The position numbers and the translations under genes are program-made. Shown here piece by piece: positions 58,801-64,000 of a stretch of DNA of 64,000 nucleotides. Source of the DNA: Haliotis rubra. Taxonomy: Eukaryota. The notes beneath the pieces were generated by a model. It made no database searches. It saw only the letters and a program-made list of their open reading frames with translations, and had not been told where the DNA came from. The stretch covers positions 1,922,001-1,986,000 of the forward strand of contig NW_025767302.1 of NCBI RefSeq assembly GCF_003918875.1. Direction: 5' to 3'. Within the stretch, counting starts at the first letter, position 1, and each line of letters begins with the position of its first letter.

Positions 58801-61800
58801 AACCCATTCAGTGATGATTACTGATAGTATTGGTTTAGAAGATAAAGCTACTCTGTTTTCAATTTTGCGGTCATTTATCGTTGATTTAAGACTGCTAAAT
58901 GTTTAATTTAAAACCTCACACTAACGCGTTTTAAATTAAACATTTAGCGGTCTTAAATCAACGATAAAGGACCGCAAAATTGAAAACAGAGTAGCTTTAT
59001 CTTCATTCTAGCACGACTAATAAGCGTTTTAAAACCGAACTGTTTGGCGCGCAAAAACACAAGGCACGAAGGGGCCTTTTTCCTGGAAATCGCTTGGAAT
59101 CGTCCCGTTGAGTGACAGGTTGTGTAATGAACAAAATAAGACATTTTCAACAACATAAATGCTTTATTTCAGGAACCAGTATTCTGCTTGTATTTGTAAC
59201 AAGTAGCATACATAAATAAAAAAAATACAGTTTATACTGTGAGCAAGTACAATTATTTGATTTTTCTCAAGAGAATTATTGATCCCCTCCTATTGTATGA
59301 CAATTGACTCATCCAAATTCAAGCCGTGAACCCTCAAAGTTTAGTCGCCGCTAACTTTATTCACGGAAAAAATTGTTGAGAACCACCCTACTATTCCCAA
59401 TCTGGAAAAGACCTGACATGCCACGTTTCATGTGGGATACATGGACAGTGGAAGTGGAAGGACTGGGCATTATGGCCGGGACGGAAGCGTTCAGGTTAGG
59501 ACGTGTGGGCAGACGTGTGTTGTCGACGTCAACACATTTAGATCTGGACCCGGTTTGAATATACTGTCGCCTTGCGCTGCTGACGGATTTTCCAGCTTTG
59601 TAGTTTCTTCACTGGGATTAGGGTCAAGAAATTCTTCTTCAAACCATTTGCTTTTTACTTCAAAAACACCAAAGATGCTGCCGAGATAGAAATTGCCAAT
59701 GTCCGACATGTTTGTTTACAAACAATAGGGTCAACGAGTTGTTGTATTCATACGCGGTGAATCGGTCACTTTAATTAGCGGTTTTAAACAGCCATTTAAG
59801 TACGGTTTTGATGAGCTCTTAGCCAATCAGAATCGAGTATCACACAATGTCGTGCTAGAGTAAAGCATTATACCATTGCTGGTTCTGAAGCTTCTGGTTA
59901 AGGACAGACGGCATGTCCAGAAGTGCTGACACATCAGGTGCTGCTAGACTGTAGACAGAGATGGGTTTCAGTAGCAGACTGTGGGCGGAGAACTAGAACA
60001 CAAACACATACATCAGGTGCTGCCAGACTTAGGGTGGAGATATATAACACAAATACACACATCAGTGGCAATCTGTTCATAGGTAATAGATTACCTGTGG
60101 AGCACTCACCTGCTTGTTGGAGGATTGTTCCTGTCCTGTGTCCACAACCCGGATGCAACTGGCCATACAACAGAACAGACGGATCTTGGGAGCCTGGGTA
60201 CATACAACATTGTTAGCCTGATACAGCTGGCCATACAACAGAACAGACGGATCTTGGGAGCCTGGGTACATACAACATTGTTAGCCTGATACAGCTCGCC
60301 ATACAACAGAACGGATAGATCTTGGGAGCCTGGGTACATACAACATTGTTAGCCTGATACAGCTGGCCATACAACAGAACAGACGGATCTTGGGAGCCTG
60401 GGTACATACAACATTGTTAGCCTGATACAGCTCGCCATACAACAGAACAGACGGATCATGGGGTATAAGGTTTCACAGTGACTGGACGGTGACTCAATGT
60501 CAAGAACAGAGAAGCAAATACAAATGAACGTATACGCGTCTGCCTTCACATCTGAGGACCCCTCCATAGAAGGCTGCGTCAGTTGAACAATGAGCTGTAC
60601 AGACAGAACTATACACAGTCACCATGCAGTATGGGCAGATCCAGCATTTGGGAGAAAGGGTGCACATATCATGAAGTCCAAAGGTTATGAATACGTGAAT
60701 ACGTCTTTATTCATACTGGAGGCCACAGGCCCATAGTATACAAGAACATAGAACACAATATAATAAAATATTGGATACGTCTGTTATATATGCCATCTGA
60801 TAGATACCCTAGACAGTGTTATGATATGATGTTAATGTACGATAACAACGGGAAGACTAACTGGGTGACTAACATTCGAGAATTGTTAAATACAATAGGT
60901 TTTGGGGAGGTATGGCAAAGGCAAAATGTTGACTTTCATACAAATTTTGTGAATAATGTTACTCAAAGGCTCAAAGATATATATACACAAGAATGGGTAG
61001 GAGCACTGTCATTCTCAAGTAAATGTTTCTATTATAGAATGTTTAAATCCCATATATACAGAGAGAATTATCTGCTCTCACTAAATATCAAGAAATTTCG
61101 AAAGGCTTTTGCTCGGTTTAGGTGTTCCTCACATGACTTGGCAATCGAAACAGGGAGATATCATAAAATAGAGAGGAAAATAGAATTTGTACATTTTGTG
61201 ATCTTAATTGTGTAGAAGATGAATATCACTTCCTCTTAATTTGCCCATTATATTGTGAGTTAAAAAAAATGTCCCAAGATATCATTCTGTATATCCCGAT
61301 AGGGTGAAATTTTCTTTGTTAATGAGTACTGATGACAATGTTCTTATCCGTAAGTTGTCAACCTTTATCTATCAAGCATTGTCTCTAAGAAATAAACATA
61401 ATAATTCATAGAATGTATGTACTCATATTGTTATTTGTTACGATATGGTATGATGTGGTGCGATATGATATGATATGATATGATACATGGTATGATATGA
61501 CATGATGTAATATGGGGTGTTATGATATGATGTGATACGACAAAGTATGTGTAATGCGATGTTATATGATGTGATACATTTTGATGCGATATGACACATT
61601 GTGATTTGACTATTTTTATTCTTTTTTATTCTTTTCAAAGGTTATGGAGAAATGCTCCTCAGGGAAAACATTTTGGAGGAGAAGTGGGGTCGGACCCCAG
61701 CAACCCCACTCTGGATCTGCCCCTGCCATGATCCCCGATATATTAATGATTGATACCTAATGAAGTCTAATAAAGTCTAATAAAGTATTGGTTTTTACCG

Positions 61801-63424
61801 TTGCAAAGCCTTTCCTGTGAGCATTGTAGACAATGATCTTTGTCCCGAGGGTGAGGGCTGTGAAGTGATGACTGGCTGGCACGCAGGTCACATAGAGACT
61901 GGACAAACAGTGGGAGAGTACAGGGTGAGTCATGAAGGCATCTGCATCACTAGAGGTAGTCCGTGAATAAGAATGGTTTGATGCCTCTCTTCAGTATGTT
62001 TAAGCTGTCCCAATAGGGAACATGAGAATTAATGTTACTCCATGTAGAACTTTCTGCATGACAAGCAAATGCTTTAACCATTGGCTGCCTCAAGAATGCC
62101 TACTGAAGACTACAACATTCCACTTTCAAACTTGATGAATAGCCTGGAATTTCTTCATTACCTGTCAAACTATATACCCACTTATTCATGTGTGGTATAA
62201 CTACATAAGTGTAATGTGTGGTTTCCAGGGTGACAATCATTCTCTTCCCACAGAGGTTCAGAGCTCCAGATAAGATTGAGCTCATGGGTATTATGAATGT
62301 TGAGTGGGTATTTCATTTTCCGTTACCCACTGCTTTCAAATATGTGCGTATTTCAGTCATTTTACTCACCTAAGTATTATGTCATTGAGTAAGTTTACTA
62401 AGCAGGTATGTTCTGCCTTATGTCATACCTAATCAAAACCAACTTAAATATTATGGAAATGATTTCATAAAAAATCACTCATCCTATACTGACAGTACAA
62501 CACTAGTCCTAAACTAACACTACAACTTGATAGCAATCGATGTCTTTTTTCATTACGAAAGCGTTTTTTATAAATATATTCCCTACGCATTTGTTTTAAA
62601 CTTTTTGCGTATCTAACATTTTAAATGCGTAATTGGTACGCAACAATTATTTTTTCAATGCGTTATTGGAAATTTTACACGGATACGCAGCTTATCTGGG
62701 CCTCTGGAGGTTACTTGTCATATCTTCCTATGAACCTCTGTTCTAATACGGCCATATTTCCTGGTTCTCGTAAAATATCCTAGCGGCAAAAAATGGCAAC
62801 ACGAATTATCTCCCTCCTTTCTATCCAATCAAAACATGTGTTACATCGACTTAGATCCAACTGGACTAATACAAACAAATGTGGGGCCACAAATATCCCT
62901 CCTCTGCCAGGCTAGCTTGTCCGTTGTCAATGAGGGCAATGGAGATGCCATTGATCCGCCATTAGGTGACTGAGTTCTGTCTAGAAGAAACGTTTGCACA
63001 ACACCCAGGTGAAAAGGTTCTAGTTTTCCCGAAGCATACGGAAATTACCTAGACCTTGCGAATGATCACTTTTAAAACAACGTCGCTGATTGCACACCTA
63101 AATCTGATTGCAACCACTCACGAATCCTGAACACATGCACCATGAAAGGGCTGTATTGTAGGAAGATATGACAAGTAACCTCTGTGGGAAGAGAATGCGA
63201 TGACAACAAGATCAAATTTTCTGTTAGATCCCCCAAGCTGCAAGTTGGTGTACAAGTACTGCAACCCTGGACACACTCACCCGACTCGATGGTCCAGTTC
63301 AAATATCCCCACACTAGACCGGTCACAGCTGGTCACAACCCCCTGGAACAGATAACCTTCACTTTGCACTGTCCTAAACCCCACTACCAAACAAACCAAC
63401 ATACTTTCACATGATTCATCACAC
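46774..63424 (-). CDS. CTC1: CST complex subunit CTC1, last 14 coding exons (5' end outside the window, three apparent frameshifts)
   Basis: The exon chain has consistent GT-AG phases. Motifs match vertebrate CTC1: GVVT..GIFELD..VGLY, RNLLQEFLESPH.C, LLIGYLQ.S..GRLQLQD.TGS, PLGLLPGA.V.F..LERKVSR..NVYC.F, VC..C.S...C, ILVDDGT and LC.S..V.R. Confidence 0.88.
47044..47212 (-). CDS. CTC1: CTC1 exon
   Basis: ctttccag|FVGEGESVLENFLMRLCNSQHVKR..NKD G|gtaaga. Confidence 0.82.
47785..47932 (-). CDS. CTC1: CTC1 exon
   Basis: ILVDDGTSPAVV..EQWHHL..GEVFMQQ|gtacat, phase 2 in and 0 out. Confidence 0.85.
48553..49253 (+). mobile_element. Non-autonomous Crypton-like element with terminal long hairpin
   Basis: 142-nt hairpin at 49084-49225, residual GANLNNCTINV peptide, and an AAAAGTATGATA direct repeat at both ends. 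The family call is inference. Confidence 0.4.
49370..49778 (+). mobile_element. 5'-truncated SINE with Deu/Nin-like core and L2-type tail
   Basis: Core GTCCACCCAGCTGTGAATGGGAACCTG and tail GCGCTATATAAAT..(AAT)n. Confidence 0.6.
49792..50032 (-). CDS. CTC1: CTC1 exon (zinc-ribbon region; +1 frameshift in G6 run at 49982-49987)
   Basis: PHQYIIDIW..CYICHFMKLCLKSVCSTCGS..GCSSPSC. The exon is 241 nt where the flanking phases require 240. Confidence 0.8.
50130..50665 (+). mobile_element. L2/CR1 LINE 3' fragment
   Basis: RIDYCNSLL.G..LQRVQN.A.R..HITPIL.DLHWLPV..RI.FK with an (ATT)n tail. Confidence 0.88.
50918..51238 (-). repeat. Rearranged tandem copies of the 3' end and donor site of a CTC1 exon
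   Basis: Two to three scrambled copies of GAGAGGAAGGTGTCTCGCATCGAGAAT..TTCCAGGTGTCAGACTCACACAG|GTAGGT. Confidence 0.85.
51239..51483 (-). CDS. CTC1: CTC1 exon (10-nt insertion at 51331-51340 frameshifts it)
   Basis: IPVYMNLPTSSYPLGLLPGAGVEFRR continues in another frame as LERKVSRIENVYCQFTAISTV. Confidence 0.82.
51622..51787 (+). mobile_element. Full-length tRNA-derived SINE with 11-bp TSD
   Basis: A/B boxes and TCAC tail. TCTTGTGATAA occurs at 51611-51621 and 51788-51798. Confidence 0.9.
52126..52469 (-). mobile_element. Full-length tRNA-derived V-domain-like SINE
   Basis: tRNA-like head (GGTGTAGTGGTAAGAGCG..GGTTCGATCCC), same body as 32033-32358. Confidence 0.8.
52727..52963 (-). mobile_element. 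Meta/MESC-like SINE
   Basis: Same family as 25666-25918. Confidence 0.8.
53403..53536 (-). CDS. CTC1: CTC1 exon
   Basis: ttttccag|FCGTQVNLWGRIISH..QQL G|gtagga, phase 2 in and 1 out. Confidence 0.75.
53892..53998. mobile_element. Small hairpin MITE
   Basis: CTAGATTTTCGAAGCTCTCTTA ... TAAGAGAGCTTCGAAAATCTAG. Confidence 0.8.
54237..54676. mobile_element. hAT-type MITE with 8-bp TSD
   Basis: Ends TAGTGGTG and CAACACTA with ATCGA subterminal repeats, flanked by GGTCCAAA and GGTCCACA. Confidence 0.7.
55211..55272 (-). CDS. CTC1: CTC1 exon
   Basis: ctttcag|IDPNIFDVVKFTDLSEVLSG AG|gtatgt. Confidence 0.75.
55644..56824 (-). CDS. CTC1: CTC1 large exon (-1 frameshift in T7 run at 56143-56149)
   Basis: The LLIGYLQSSHVTGRLQLQDATGS ORF and the ..LLFQGNVGWYSVLQTGALYTL ORF join into one frame if the run is 8 nt. 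Donor TGT|gtgagt. Confidence 0.85.
57022..57204 (-). CDS. CTC1: CTC1 exon
   Basis: gtttccag|SKPRIPDL..SQGK|gtgaga, 183 nt, phase 0/0. Confidence 0.78.
57866..58007 (-). CDS. CTC1: CTC1 exon
   Basis: PRNLLQEFLESPHACC, with ctgcag acceptor and CAG|gtaggg donor. Confidence 0.8.
58838..59861. mobile_element. Non-autonomous element with a 77-bp-stem terminal hairpin and internal inverted ends (Crypton-like?)
   Basis: Hairpin at 58838-59004. ATTCTAGCACGAC (59005) and GTCGTGCTAGAGT (59849-59861) are inverted and enclose a short relic ORF. Confidence 0.55.
59874..59992 (-). CDS. CTC1: CTC1 exon
   Basis: tgttctag|FSAHSLLLKPISVYSL..NQQ TG|gtataa, phase 0 in and 2 out. Confidence 0.7.
60110..60193 (-). 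CDS. CTC1: CTC1 exon
   Basis: gtacccag|APKIRLFCCMASCIRVVDTGQEQSSNKQ|gtgagt, 84 nt. Confidence 0.72.
60159..60457. repeat. 68-bp tandem repeat spanning a CTC1 intron/exon boundary
   Basis: About 4.4 copies, each containing the acceptor and the first ~44 nt of the exon. Confidence 0.92.
60770..61410 (+). mobile_element. LINE ORF2 C-terminal fragment (CR1/L2-group-like)
   Basis: GFGEVW..Q, QRLKD.Y.QEW, RFRCSSHDLAIETGRY and a frameshifted EDEYHFLLICP.Y. Confidence 0.8.
61440..61606. repeat. Degenerate (ATATG)n microsatellite
   Basis: ATATG/ATGTG pentamers. Confidence 0.85.
61799..61898 (-). CDS. CTC1: CTC1 exon
   Basis: ttgtccag|LYVTCVPASHHFTALTLGTKIIVYNAHRKGFAT|gtaaaa, phase 2 in and 0 out. 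Confidence 0.78.
62238..63197. mobile_element. TIR element (39-bp inverted ends) with a second MITE (62259-62706) inserted in its left TIR
   Basis: CATTCTCTTCCCACAGAGGTT|ACTTGTCATATCTTCCTA on the left and its reverse complement at 63159-63197. The insert has CAGAG..CCAGATAAG inverted ends and a GAGGTT duplication. Confidence 0.8.
63281..63424 (-). CDS. CTC1: CTC1 exon (most 5' exon confidently seen)
   Basis: ttttcag|..FQGVVTSCDRSSVGIFELDHRV GG|gtgagt. The exact acceptor is less certain. Confidence 0.7.
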
Positions 63425-64000
63425 CTGAAAAATATGCACATATATGGTTGCTGAACAGCAACGTTTAAAAATGACTCCAGATAGGCAATTTCTTTTTACT
63501 TTCTTTGAAACCCAGGCTTCATGCTAGTTGTCTGCTTACACAACCTCCTAATCATTGTTCTTTCAACTGAAATATTTTGCACTGTGAACCCCAAGTGTCG
63601 GACTCTTCAACTACAGTGTACATTGAAACCAAGCTACTGTGTACATGGTGAACACTATTAATGAGATGTTTACAACTATGTACCGTGAGGGTCTGTCAGA
63701 ATCCTGAATGATACTCTTGTCCACCATCAAGGTTGAACGTATAATAATACCTGCCTGTCCCACCATCTCAGGTGGCTGAATTTGTCTCTGTCAACTTTAT
63801 AATATCCACTAGTCTGGTGGATTGTTTTGTAGCCTCAGTTGATTTATACAGCATCTGAATTAACATTATTCTTATCTGTAGTTAATTATCATATTGTATA
63901 AACAAAACCCAGACAACTAATGTATTACACTTGTCAGACTGTTGTGTGGCTGGAAGTCATGTGTAATCTTTAAGATTTCAGTGTATCGCTGTCTGAAGTA

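Noticed and set aside
59373-59709. Short ORFs inside the hairpin-flanked element
   Set aside because: No domain recognised. They are probably relics of an internally deleted transposon gene.
63751-63854. Additional upstream CTC1 exon (attcag acceptor, CAG|gtatta donor)
   Set aside because: Stops occur in all three frames and the phase does not fit the 63424 exon without assuming further indels, so it was left uncalled.

Overview
AT-rich, repeat-dense animal genomic DNA, inferred to be a marine gastropod (abalone-like SINE families, IAP cluster, algal-polysaccharide hydrolase). Host genes: (1) a 3-exon, signal-peptide GH86 beta-porphyranase/agarase-like gene (minus, 3225-8135, 613 aa) whose presumed catalytic nucleophile Glu appears replaced by Ala; (2) three tandem plus-strand IAP (BIR-RING) paralogues at 21955-22866, 29608-30537 and 33995-37665, each preceded by MEF2-like and NF-kB-like sites; (3) the last 14 coding exons of CTC1 (minus, 46774-63424), with three frameshifts that look like long-read consensus errors and three tandem arrays seeded from its own splice acceptor, splice donor and stop codon. 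The remainder is mobile and repetitive DNA: an IS3EU-like element with a dead HECT gene, R4/Dong-type, L2/CR1 and gag LINE relics, a full-length decayed Tc1, several SINE families, MITEs, long hairpins and many minisatellites. An exactly 1000-nt CpG-rich block (1670-2669) inside a 38-bp minisatellite most likely represents garbled or computationally produced sequence. No CRISPR array, rRNA gene or genuine tRNA gene was seen. All family assignments come from motifs recognised by eye; no database searches were run.
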